Below are positions 39,845-51,280 of a stretch of 64,000 nucleotides of DNA, in pieces (within the stretch, counting starts at the first letter, position 1; every line of letters begins with the position of its first letter). The DNA is from Botryllus schlosseri (Eukaryota), in contig CM119371.1 in assembly GCA_051294905.1 (NCBI GenBank), positions 17,796,001-17,860,000 on the forward strand, written 5' to 3'. The notes under the pieces were generated by a model. It had not been told where the DNA came from, ran no database searches, and saw only the letters and a program-made list of their open reading frames with translations. Position numbers and translations under genes: made by a program.

Positions 39845-40445
39845 ATTTTCCTTTGGAGATCTGACGTTTACCCAGAGTAAGAAACCATTTTCACTTGTAA
39901 ATATTTTTTTTCCTCGGCTAACAAACCTTTTTTCACTTGGAAATATATTTTTTCTCTGGGTAACAAACCTTTTTCACTTGGAAATATATTTTTTCTCTGG
40001 TTAACAAACCTTTTTCACTTGGAAATATATTTTTTCTCTGGTTAACAAACCTTTTTCACTTGGAAATATATTTTTTCTCTGGGCAACAAATCTTTTTCAC
40101 TTGGAAATATTTTTTTTCCCCGGGTAACAAACCTTTTTCCCTGAGCAACAAACCATTTTCACTTGGTGGTCCGTCGTTTACCCGAGTAAAAATATCATTT
40201 TCTTTTGGAGATCAGGCGTTTACCCCGTGTAACAATACATTTTCACTTGGAAAAATACTTTTACCTAGAGTAACTAATCATTTTCTCCTGGGTAACAAAC
40301 CCTTTTCCCTTGGAAATATATTTTTTCCCTGGGTACTAAACCATTTTCGTTTGGAAATATATTTTTTTCCCTGAGTAACAACGCCATTTTCTCTTGGAGA
40401 TGTGATGTTTACCTAAGTAAAAATATCATTTTCGTTTTGAAATCT
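39845..40445. repeat. ~41-bp minisatellite array (~14 degenerate units)
   Basis: Core unit TTTTCACTTGGAAATATATTTTTTCTCTGGTTAACAAACCT; mirrored at ~42893-43493. Confidence 0.88.
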
Positions 40446-41230
40446 GACAACCACACGCATCAATTTGGTATTTGTTGTATTGGCGACAGTTTGAAATTGA
40501 TTACAACGAACAGTGACGAAAATATAAACCGACAACCGGTTTCAGAGTATACCCGCATCGATCGCATCGCATCTATATCATCGGTTAACCACATGAAATA
40601 ACAGCATACCATTGGATATCGAAATGTATGTTTTGGAAATCGACGGATATTGTATGTCCTGGTGTGTGTGTGTCTGTGTGTGTGTCCGGGTTCGTGCTTT
40701 AGATTTTCCAGAGTCAAAATGTCTGAATAAAACACCTCCTCGACTTTGGTAGCTGGTTGATACACGGATAATGGTGTTCGGAAAACGAATGAATTTATGT
40801 TCCCCATGGCGCTAACAACTCCGGGTTACTTGTGAGTTTCCTCAGGTTTGTTTACTATATTGTGTCTTTACTGATCAATACATGTCGCTCCAGTCAGCTG
40901 AAACCGGATCACTAATACGAGAAAGTGTGTGGGGGCCTGATCTGGATATTCACTCATGAACCAACGACCAATATTCAAGTAAACATGGTACAGACAGTGT
41001 TTTGTCTCCATGAAAAATACCAACCATCACATACAAGTAACGTCGCGATTGTTCACAAGTATTCGCGTAAACGAGGTGTACATACAATGTGTCGGTGTAC
41101 AAACATCATGGAAAACAGATTCATGTTCTCAAGTATCATCATGCGACGACTCTGTACATTCAATGTGGGCATAGATGACACACGACATGATACAATGAAC
41201 AGTGCATTATGCATACCGATATATTCTCAG

Positions 41231-41506
41231 TCAAATATGCGAACCGTGTACTATCACGCATCCCGATTTTCGCTGAATATCCACAACACCAACAAATCTG
41301 TACATTTCTTTTCCCTCAACCTTGACGATAGAGTTGTCCTCCCAATGTACCAATCGAGTGTATGGTTCATCAGGTGTAAAATCCAAATCAAATGTCACCA
41401 AGGTATCGTTTTTCATTTTTAATATTTCCACTGCTGCATCTTGTCTGTGTCGTAAAACCACGGTGTGGGGCCAGAGGAATCTATGGATAGTTACGCGTAG
41501 TCCCAT
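41231..41506 (-). CDS. Hypothetical 91-aa protein in the palindrome spacer
   Basis: ATG-initiated ORF with protein-like composition (..DTLVTFDLDFTPDEPYTRLVHWEDNSIVKVEGKEMYRFVGVVDI..). No family recognised. Confidence 0.3.
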   Translation of the reverse strand: MGLRVTIHRFLWPHTVVLRHRQDAAVEILKMKNDTLVTFDLDFTPDEPYTRLVHWEDNSIVKVEGKEMYRFVGVVDIQRKSGCVIVHGSHI

Positions 41507-42158
41507 ATTTACTCGTGGATATGGCTAGGTAACGACGACGTTTTCTCAGTGGTCTGCGTGAGTGAACTGTTTCAATACGTAGCTGGATCAACTAGACCAA
41601 AAGTTTCCAACCACGTTTTATAACGACATGTAGAATTACGAGTCAGCGCCCTCTTGCGGAGTGGTTAACATGAAATCAGTCTTCAACCGCAGAGACACAC
41701 CTTGGATTACATTATCTAATCGTAATCGAACTCGAGATTCACACACACACACACAGAGTCCCTGTTTACGATTTCAATCCGGAGTCACTGCTCACGATGT
41801 TTATCTGTAGTCGTTATGTGGGAGTAGCGACATCTGACATATTCATCGCGTGAAAGATTGATAACGATGGTGATCGCCAAATACATTACACCGGGTGAAA
41901 CACTGCGGCCTCAGCAAAAAAGTTCGCAGGTTAGGACGAACAATACGTGGAGGGATTGAGCGAGTTACGCAACCCGATTATGTCGAAGTCTGTATCACGA
42001 TACAAGTCTACTTGAGAATCCGAACAATCTTACAAAATCAAGCTGTGAACCCGTGAAAGGGCTGTACTCGTGTGAGATTCATTTTTCACAAGTTGGGTGG
42101 AGGTCGGTTCATACTGAGACCGTGTTACGTCCAAATATGGCTGCTTGTCTGTCTCCAA

Positions 42159-45100
42159 GTCATCTATACCCACATTGAATGTACAGAGTCGTCGCATGAT
42201 GATACTTGAGAACATGAATCTGTTTTCCATGATGTTTGTACACCGACACATTGTATGTACACCTCGTTTACGCGAATACTTGTGAACAATCGCGACGTTA
42301 CTTGTATGTGATGGTTGGTATTTTTCATGGAGACAAAACACTGTCTGTACCATGTTTACTTGAATATTGGTCGTTGGTTCATGAGTGAATATCCAGATCA
42401 GGCCCCCACACACTTTCTCGTATTAGTGATCCGGTTTCAGCTGACTGGAGCGACATGTATTGATCAGTAAAGACACAATATAGTAAACAAACCTGAGGAA
42501 ACTCACAAGTAACCCGGAGTTGTTAGCGCCATGGGGAACATAAATTCATCCGTTTTCCGAACACCATTATCCGTGTATCAACCAGCTACCAAAGTCGAGG
42601 AGGTGTTTTATTCAGACATTTTGACTCTGGAAAATCTAAAGCACGAACCCGGACACACACACAGACACACACACACCAGGACATACAATATCCGTCGATT
42701 TCCAAAACATACATTTCGATATCCAATGGTATGCTGTTATTTCATGTGGTTAACCGATGATATAGATGCGATGCGATCGATGCGGGTATACTCTGAAACC
42801 GGTTGTCGGTTTATATTTTCGTCACTGTTCGTTGTAATCAATTTCAAACTGTCGCCAATACAACAAATACCAAATTGATGCGTGTGGTTGTCAGATTTCA
42901 AAACGAAAATGATATTTTTACTTAGGTAAACATCACATCTCCAAGAGAAAATGGCGTTGTTACTCAGGGAAAAAAATATATTTCCAAACGAAAATGGTTT
43001 AGTACCCAGGGAAAAAATATATTTCCAAGGGAAAAGGGTTTGTTACCCAGGAGAAAATGATTAGTTACTCTAGGTAAAAGTATTTTTCCAAGTGAAAATG
43101 TATTGTTACACGGGGTAAACGCCTGATCTCCAAAAGAAAATGATATTTTTACTCGGGTAAACGACGGACCACCAAGTGAAAATGGTTTGTTGCTCAGGGA
43201 AAAAGGTTTGTTACCCGGGGAAAAAAAATATTTCCAAGTGAAAAAGATTTGTTGCCCAGAGAAAAAATATATTTCCAAGTGAAAAAGGTTTGTTAACCAG
43301 AGAAAAAATATATTTCCAAGTGAAAAAGGTTTGTTAACCAGAGAAAAAATATATTTCCAAGTGAAAAAGGTTTGTTACCCAGAGAAAAAATATATTTCCA
43401 AGTGAAAAAAGGTTTGTTAGCCGAGGAAAAAAAATATTTACAAGTGAAAATGGTTTCTTACTCTGGGTAAACGTCAGATCTCCAAAGGAAAATAATATGT
43501 TTAGTCAGGTAAACGATGGACTGACAAGTGAAAGTGGTAATTTGACATAGGTAAACGTCGTGGGTTTAGTGTCGTCGGTGTTGTTAAACGTTATCGCTTG
43601 ACGTTGGTATACTATTACGAGTGTGAAAAGGCTATGCACATCTTGTGCGGAGTATCGCGACAGTGAACATATTTTTGGTGTGACGAAACAAGATCGTTGT
43701 TTACATGTTAATGCATTTCGATTACCGAGTAGCTGTACAACAGAGAGGAGTCTACAGTTAGTTCGTGCTGTATGTCCCGACGAAAACCACAAGATCACAT
43801 GTAAATCTATTAGCACAACTCGATGATGTTGATATAGTGTTACTTGAATTAATTATTACCTATTTACACAACATAAAAATAAAAATTCATATCGTAGTAA
43901 GTAAGTTTCTTGAACTCGTGCTTGATGAAAACGAATGGTGACAAGTATGCGTTTGTGTTTGAGTGAAAAAGAATTATTTAGAGTAGTGACAGTTTGTGAC
44001 CAACGAATGCAAATCGATCATGATATTACAATATACGCTTTCGTCAACATAACGACTTGGTGTAGAAATACTTTCACGTTTTTTGAATAACTGTATTCTC
44101 GAGACTTGTTACTTGTACGATGTACCGTTGGTGTGCAAACTATAACGACCATTTTGTATGATAGTATGTTTTAGTTGTGAGGACAACCATATGATGACTC
44201 ACCACTTTTCGTTAGCAAAGTAGATTGATTTGTGTGTAAGATGTAAGCGCCGTAACTAGAAACATATGCACTCTGTTGTTGGAGTAGCTGATTTATTGCT
44301 ATGACATGGACATATCCTGGAGCCTTGGTTTGTTGTCTTACGAAAGATGACGCGACCTCGGTGTCGTAAATTGCGTTAACTAAACTCGTATGGATACCAC
44401 AATTGTGCTGGATTTACAAATGGTATTCGTATACTGTACACACACAAACTTTTGTGTAAACAACTCTGGTGTTTCTGTTAATACTAGTTTTATGTTGAAC
44501 TACTTGATTATTACGATACATGAACAACCGTTCAGACAATAAAGTTCTTGAGGTATCGAAACAGTTTGAAAGCACCACCAATCATTGTACAGGTTTGTAG
44601 CATGAGCGAATATTTTCGTGTAACATGAATATATTTCATATGTCTTCGGTAAGAAATGGGTTATGTGGGATAATAATTAGTATCGTAAAACTTGTTGTGT
44701 TTGATTGCATACTTTTTTAACATTGTTTGTTGTTGAAAGACGGGTGAGTTTACATTTACATTAAGCAGAGCAACTCAAGTAATAAATTTTACTCGTTTGA
44801 AAATCGACAACGGAAAAAATACCGATGAATGGAGTAACAGTAATAATATGTGTGGTATATTATTTTTCGTGATATGCAACCAATCTTCTAAGCAGAACTT
44901 GTCAATAATTTATCATGTCGTAGAAAAGCCTATTGTTATAAATTCAAAACAAATGTACTTCACTTATCACGATGATGGAAATTAAGATCAACGCAGTATT
45001 TCGAAGTGGTATGTTCAGCAATCACTAAATGACAAAAATATCAAACTGTGCATACAACTCGGTTAGGTAAACGATCCAGTTACAAGTCGGGTGTATTCTT

Positions 45101-47792
45101 GATGTACAGATGACAGTCTGATGATGTAAAGCTCAACCACGCAAATGTGTTCGTTGTAAAGTATTTGACGCAAATAATATATCGAATGGAGACTTCGGTT
45201 TCATTACCAAGCTAGTGAAAATTGTTTTCTGTTGGCAAGGTAGGACACATTTGACAAACATCGTACACATTGTATCTTCGTGATGGTAACGACTTTCAGT
45301 GGCTTGGTTTCATGTCGGGAATTATTATTTGAGGGTTCAAGAACAATTTCATTCAATACTACAAATGAACAACAATGCATAACACGTAGCAAATAACAGT
45401 GTAGCAAGTACTTTTTTGATATTACGAGTGTTGGGCACTAGACACTTCTAGTTGAATTGGATGCATCTAACAAACATATCACAATTTACTTTTGTAATGA
45501 TCAAAGTCTTAGAGTGTATAACCTCGCGATATTTTTCATTTAGCACACACAATGGGGAGTTACTGAAATGATTAAGAATTGATCGCTAGCTTCGAACGGT
45601 ACTCGATACTCAAAGTGATATTTTCACACTCTGTAAAGTGCATATGTTTCAATTCTCTGTCACAAATTCCGACATGGTGATATGTCGAGACGTAATACTA
45701 TTTCCGTACACTCAATTACAACAAAACATAACCCGCATTCAAATAAGCCGTAAGCTACAAGTGGATTTAAAACTTGATGCTGTTTTGTGGTTAACTCAAG
45801 TCAGTGGTCACGTTTGTGTTGATTTCAGGAATGATCATGACGAGTTGGTCGGGTAAATTAGTGGTAGTAACTATGACCTTACAGAGTTGCTGACATTCCA
45901 ATATCTTTTACGCTGTAATATTACGGATATAATTGTGATAAATTATTTCTCAGTTATTGTTCAGACATTCAAATCTCGTATACTCAAAATATAATATGTC
46001 CAAGTCAAATCGTATATGCACCGATTAGTAAATACTTTGTCTTCAGAATAGTAACAACCTTTACAATTGAATAAAAAAGACCGAGCATACGAATACAACC
46101 AGGATGAATTAATTCAAATTTATGAGTTGCAGTGATATAATCAAGTAAGTGAAAACTAGATTTTTAACAATTGTTAATGTCGTGAATAATTCTTCTGAGT
46201 ATGGTAAGATGTTAAAATATCTCTTTGACAAATGGAAAGCGGGATCGGGAATAGAGTTGTAATGTTACATTACTTGTTTCAAAGTATGATCTTGAAATGT
46301 GGCTGGATCAAAGTTGGTAGTCGTGTTTGTCAATCCTATTTCAATTCACACTATGTCAAAGTCCAAATATTTCATTCTGGATTATTTGGATTTACCTTTA
46401 GTACATCCCGCGAATGTGGATTATTTGGATTTACCTTTAGTACATCCCGCGAATGTGGATTATTTGGATTTACCTTTAGTACATCCCGCGAATGGATCCC
46501 GATGCGGTACTATAACATTTTTGATAATAATGACTCAAGGATTTTCAATCAACAATACTGGAATTTTTTGGTAATGCTAGAGTTGCCAAATGAGTAGTTG
46601 CGTGTTTTTGTTAAGTGTTTGATGTCAAGTTAATAAAGACAATAACTGTGTAATGCACATACTTGTGATTCTTGATTCTTGTAGAGTTATAGTTGGTAAC
46701 GATTCTATAAGTGTGAAAACAGTGGCGCGGAATGTGCGAATAATTCGATGCGGCTGAAAGTCGGCGTCAGTAATATTCGGGTTACGTTCGATTCAACAAA
46801 AACGCGTTAAGGGATTTGTCAAAGGATTAGAGTTGTACCGATTTAAAACATTCAGATACGAATCGACTTGATTTGTGTAGTGAGTTTCATTTCAAGTTGA
46901 TAAACTAACACATTGATTGAATATTTTCATGGATCTTATCACGCAACTAAAGTCAGCCACTATTCTGGAGGCGTGAAACATATAGCGATCGCGGGCGCGT
47001 GACAAATTGTCGGTTTTCCAATCACCACCTGCGACGGTTCTGTGACAAACTAATTACCGAAATATTACCTTGTGGGCGGGTATGAGGGAATTGCCATGTC
47101 TGAAGTATTATCCGGTGAGTGGTCGTTGGATTTTAAAATTATATCACACCCTTTTGAATAAGCGTTCACTTCACAAAGGATTAGGGTTGGAGCGGAAATA
47201 AGTGACAATTTGTCGCTATTCAAGTTACCGCGGTCTGTTATTCGTTACTTGTTAAATCTTACCAGCGATATCAAGTTCTGTGACAAACTGATTACTAAAA
47301 TTTCACCGCGTGAGCGATCGGTATGGTTATGACACCAAGTCGTGAAAGATGGTTATGACCGAGACATTATCTTGTCAGCGATCGCGGGGTTTTGCAAACT
47401 ATTTCACAGCTATTTGAAGTGTTAATTCGTGAGCGTTGTTATTGTTGATATTCGAATCGCCGTCTACGCCGGCTCTGCGGTAAACTAAATACCAAAATAT
47501 TACCTTGGAAGTGATTCCTAGACTTGGCAAACTATTTCACACCTTTTTTGCTGAAAGTACGACATGCCGCCCGCAGTCTATACCGAAAGTACGAATCACG
47601 ACCGCACCCATAAGAAATAAGACCCGCCGCCATAAGAAATAAGTGCCGCTCGCCACCCCGGGTTTCGTGTTAGCATCAATAGCCGCTCACCACCCCCGCC
47701 ATAAGACGCAATAGCCGCATGCGACCGCGTCCATAAGAACACATGGCGAGTCACCACAGATCCCGTAAGAATACACGACAGGCGAATCACCG
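42159..47792. repeat. Right arm of giant inverted repeat
   Basis: Reverse complement of 35546-41179. The inner match ends at 41179/42159. Confidence 0.97.
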
Positions 47793-48021
47793 CCACCGCC
47801 TATAGCAAAAAAGGCGAGTCACCACCCCGGGTTTTCAGGCACCTCACCGCCGCAGCCTATACCCGAAAAGGCGAATCACGACCGCACCCATAAGAACACA
47901 TGGCGAATCGCGGCCCAGAGGGGGGTCTAAAAAGGCGAATCGCCACCCCGGGTTTCCAGGCGAATCGCCACCCCGCCCATAAGAACCCCATAGCCGCTCA
48001 CGACCGATCGACTATACTACT

Positions 48022-48378
48022 AACAGTATCCCGCCGGCCATTCGACAGTCGACGAGCATGTCCACATTCAAGTCGAAATACAAGCAATTACTACTAAATA
48101 AATACAGTCCATCCTCAAGATTACCGGACCACGACTGACCTATCGATCTCGCTTCCCATGGCATGCCGCCCTATTTCTTGTCGCATTCTTTTTCTATACT
48201 ATCTTCTTTACTTTCATTCAGTGTGCATGCCTCCTCTTTACATCGCCTAGGCCAAGGTGGGTGTCATATTCCATAGACTACTCCTTGTCGCTTCGACATC
48301 TTCCTGTCTTTTCATTGTATCGCATTTTTGTGGTGTATTGAACTGATAAAAATTGCTAATAAACCAATGATGATGATA
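48022..48378 (+). mobile_element. CR1/L2-type LINE 3' fragment, right part with 3'UTR and (ATG)n tail
   Basis: Continues 34690-34931 and ends AATAAACCAATGATGATGAT. Aligns to the reverse complement of 10215-10567. Confidence 0.85.
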
Positions 48379-48386
48379 GTCTAAAT

Positions 48387-50591
48387 CAGTGCTCTTCAAC
48401 CTTTTTCGGAGTGGTACACCCTTTTAACGTTTGCTCAAAACTCGTACACCCCTGTTCATTAGGGGTCTTCAAAAATGACTTTTTTTCTCAAATCGTACTG
48501 GCTACTTGATAAAATTGTTAGGTTACCTAATTTAAGCCTACACACCAAATTTGGTTCGATTCCAACCAGTAGCCGCATTGCTACGGGAAAAATAAATAAC
48601 GAAAAATTTGAAATTTTTCTGTTCACCCGATGAAAGTATTAGGTTGTCTATAAAAACGATGTTCTTCAAATTTGGTTCAATTCCAACCAGTAGAAGCGGA
48701 GTTATTGCCGTCAAAAATTTGGATTTGAATAAAATCGTATTTGGTCACAGAGTCTATTCGCCGCCAGTTAGGCCGCCTATCACGCAAATTGGAATTTATT
48801 TCGTGTCAGCCCCAAAACAGCATGACATTACGAACGATAATCAACCTAAATGTAACAGTATTGGGGAGAGAATAGGTAAAGCTACTGCTGCAGAAGCGGT
48901 GATTCAGATCAGCGATGATAGCAGGCGCACCAGCTTACTGCGTATCAGGCCTGCCCCACACCACCCACAGTCGACAGAAGCACATGGGCTGCATGAGATG
49001 TCAGTAACCTCAGATTCTATGTCGCTATACACAGTCTATTGTCGCTAATTTGAATCACTAGTAACAAAATATTAAATTACAAATGTATGGCGAAATATTG
49101 GACATAACATCGGCATTTTAAAACAAAAGGGTTTCGATTTCATCATGGATGCTGTTTCGACCCTGGCTGGCTACGTCACTTTTTTTATTTTCATTGCGGT
49201 ATTTATTAACGTCGGGTATGAAGTACCGATTCAAGAAGTCTGAGCTATCGCGGCGGTTTCCTCAAAAATCACTAAAAGACAAATGACTAGCTGAACACAT
49301 GTTTGTTAACTGCATACTTTCCAACATCAAACGGAGCCATTGGTCTATTGCCGACGGCTAAATGATTACGGGAGATCTGTGCTTATGACATCACAATCAA
49401 ACGGTGTACTGTATTACACTTGAGATAACATCGTACCATGCTCACAGGGCCGTAACAGCACTTCGTCAGCCCCCCCCCAAATCGTTGGCCTAGGGCCCCC
49501 CATGGGATGATAAACTTAACTTACGGGGGGCTTCGCCCCCCAGACCCTCCCTTGGCTATCCGCTTTTTGATGCTATTTCACATCTCCACTGGGTGTACGT
49601 TATGTGAGGCCGCTTTTCCCGCCTAGACGCGCGAAGCGCGAAAAATTTCAGTAATTCGATAATTCATGATACAATCGGCCAATAAGATTGCATTGCATAT
49701 ATATTGCTATCAATATCTTGTCCTCTCTGCTCATGTTATCAGATTTACCGGAAACTGTAGGGCCCATAAATAATAATTAAACATTTTCGGGTGGGCGGAC
49801 CCGTTGGTATGACTTCGTTACATGATTTTATTTCGTGACCTCCTGTCTGCTATACCAAAAATATAGAATTGCTCTAACGTACTAAACTAAAAGACGTACA
49901 CGATTTCAAATTGGTATTTCTTCACTGGCATATCTTTTTTCTCGCTGGATGGTATTTGTCTTCTGAGGTTCAGATTGCCAAGACAGGAACATATGGCGCC
50001 AGTCATTTAGGCGCCTATGGACAATTAAACCTATTATTTGGTATATATAACGAAGTTTTCGGTCTGCGTAAGGGCAGTCCGTTTCGGCCAAGCTTTTCGC
50101 GCTGCCGATCGTTCTGGCACACTTCTTGGAGTCGCATGTAATAAGTACTAAATCATTATATATCTTGGTGCGTGGTGGCGTGTTAATGGCCAACGCCGAT
50201 ATGTCCATTTCTATAAATGTTGCGTGTTTTTTCTTGGGGGAAGAGTACCAAATAATGAACATAATTGGCAACTTTAAATTTTGGAAAAAATTGCATAAAT
50301 TTTCAAAAAATACGCTATAATTTATGTTGATTCACGAAATAATTTGGGCCCCCCTTCGAGCTCACCCCCCTCCCCAATTTGGGGGTTTGGGGTGTGGCAG
50401 TTACGGTGCTGCATGGTCATTAACCTGTGAGTCAACCTGTCCTGACCCATAAACCTCCCTTTGTGATAGCTAGCCATCGGCTCATTGTAATTCGGATCTG
50501 GTACACCCCTGTACACCCCATCCGAGTGGTACACCCTTTGCAAATTCTGGTACACCCTAGGGTGTACGACCACCCCGGTTGAAGAGCACTG
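48387..50591 (+). mobile_element. Non-autonomous hAT element (GTACACCC family), copy A
   Basis: TIR CAGTGCTCTTCAACC / GGTTGAAGAGCACTG. Perfect TSD GTCTAAAT (48379-48386, 50592-50599). Near-identical to 53233-55855 outside the nested inserts. Confidence 0.9.
49445..50411. mobile_element. hAT MITE nested in copy A
   Basis: TIR CAGGGCCGTAAC / GTTACGGTGCTG. TSD CATGCTCA / CATGGTCA. Absent from copy B. Confidence 0.82.
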
Positions 50592-50750
50592 GTCTAAATA
50601 GCGATATTTGGTCTCTTTCGTCACAGATCATGAATGACCATATCATTTGAAGGGCTCCATTCTAATTATAGCTCTCATTGTCCTTTCAATACAAGGATAT
50701 TGCTTATTGCAGTTGCAAAGCATTACGTCAGCTTTATTGCTCGTTTTATG

Positions 50751-51280
50751 TTATGTGGTTCACAAATATCCCTTCCATGGCCACATGCGGGTTTGGTTTA
50801 TGAAACATCACAAGAACGATATCGTGGGAATTTACGCACAACAACACTCTTGAAATTTCTTGAGGTCGCATATTCTCCTTCGTGCGAGTGCATTGACCTC
50901 AACATGAATGGGGGCCATTGTTTTCTGCACCTAGCTATGTGATAACACTCGTGTATAGATACGAGGCTACCTCTAAGATCCATTGGGCAATTCTCGATCA
51001 CGTTTCATGGGATTTATTATGTGTTTCACAAATATCCCTTCCATGGCCCCATGCGGGTTTGGTTTATGAAACATCACAAGAGCGATATCGTGGGAACTTA
51101 CGCACAAGAACACTCTTGAAATTTCTTGAGGTCGCATATTCTCCTTCAGGCGGGTGCATTGCCTCAACATGAATAGGGGCCATTGTGTTCTGCACCTAGC
51201 TATGTGATGACATTCGTGTATAGATACGAGGCTACCTGAAAGATCTATTGGGCAATTCTCGATCAAGTTTCTGGGGATTT
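50751..51280. repeat. Direct tandem duplication, ~266-bp period
   Basis: 50751-51016 and 51017-51280 are highly similar (TTATGTG.TTCACAAATATCCCTTCCATGGCC.. to ..TTCTCGATCA.GTTTC..GGGATTT). Confidence 0.85.

Larger units (their letters stand above)
35546..41179. repeat. Left arm of giant inverted repeat
   Basis: Reverse complement of 42159-47792. Mirrored ORF coordinates consistently sum to 83338 (no net indel). At least 8 substitutions were seen by eye. Confidence 0.97.
34932..48021. mobile_element. Non-autonomous Polinton/Maverick-like element, 13,090 bp, almost wholly palindromic
   Basis: Left end AGTAGTATATATGATCGGTCG; right end (reverse complement) AGTAGTATAGTCGATCGGTCG. 6-bp TSD AACAGT (34926-34931, 48022-48027). 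GC-rich subterminal repeats at both ends. The empty site in the paralogous LINE has a single AACAGT (10562-10567, minus strand). Confidence 0.82.

Noticed and set aside
39845..40445. CRISPR-like array
   Set aside because: Units are contiguous and degenerate with no unique spacers; no cas genes; eukaryotic context.
35546..47792. Pure assembly fold-back artefact
   Set aside because: Disfavoured but not excluded: the arms differ by substitutions, there is a unique 979-bp spacer, the outer ends are asymmetric, and the flanks are colinear LINE halves with a TSD.
35539..47796. Mirrored short ORF pairs as conserved genes or Polinton core genes
   Set aside because: Their identity simply reflects the inverted duplication. 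Most start at non-ATG codons or derive from repeats, and none shows pPolB, integrase, ATPase, protease or capsid motifs.
48608..49048. 146-aa ORF and its paralogue at 53541-53918 as a transposase
   Set aside because: Non-ATG starts, 5' frames differ between copies, and no DDE or hAT dimerisation motif was recognised.
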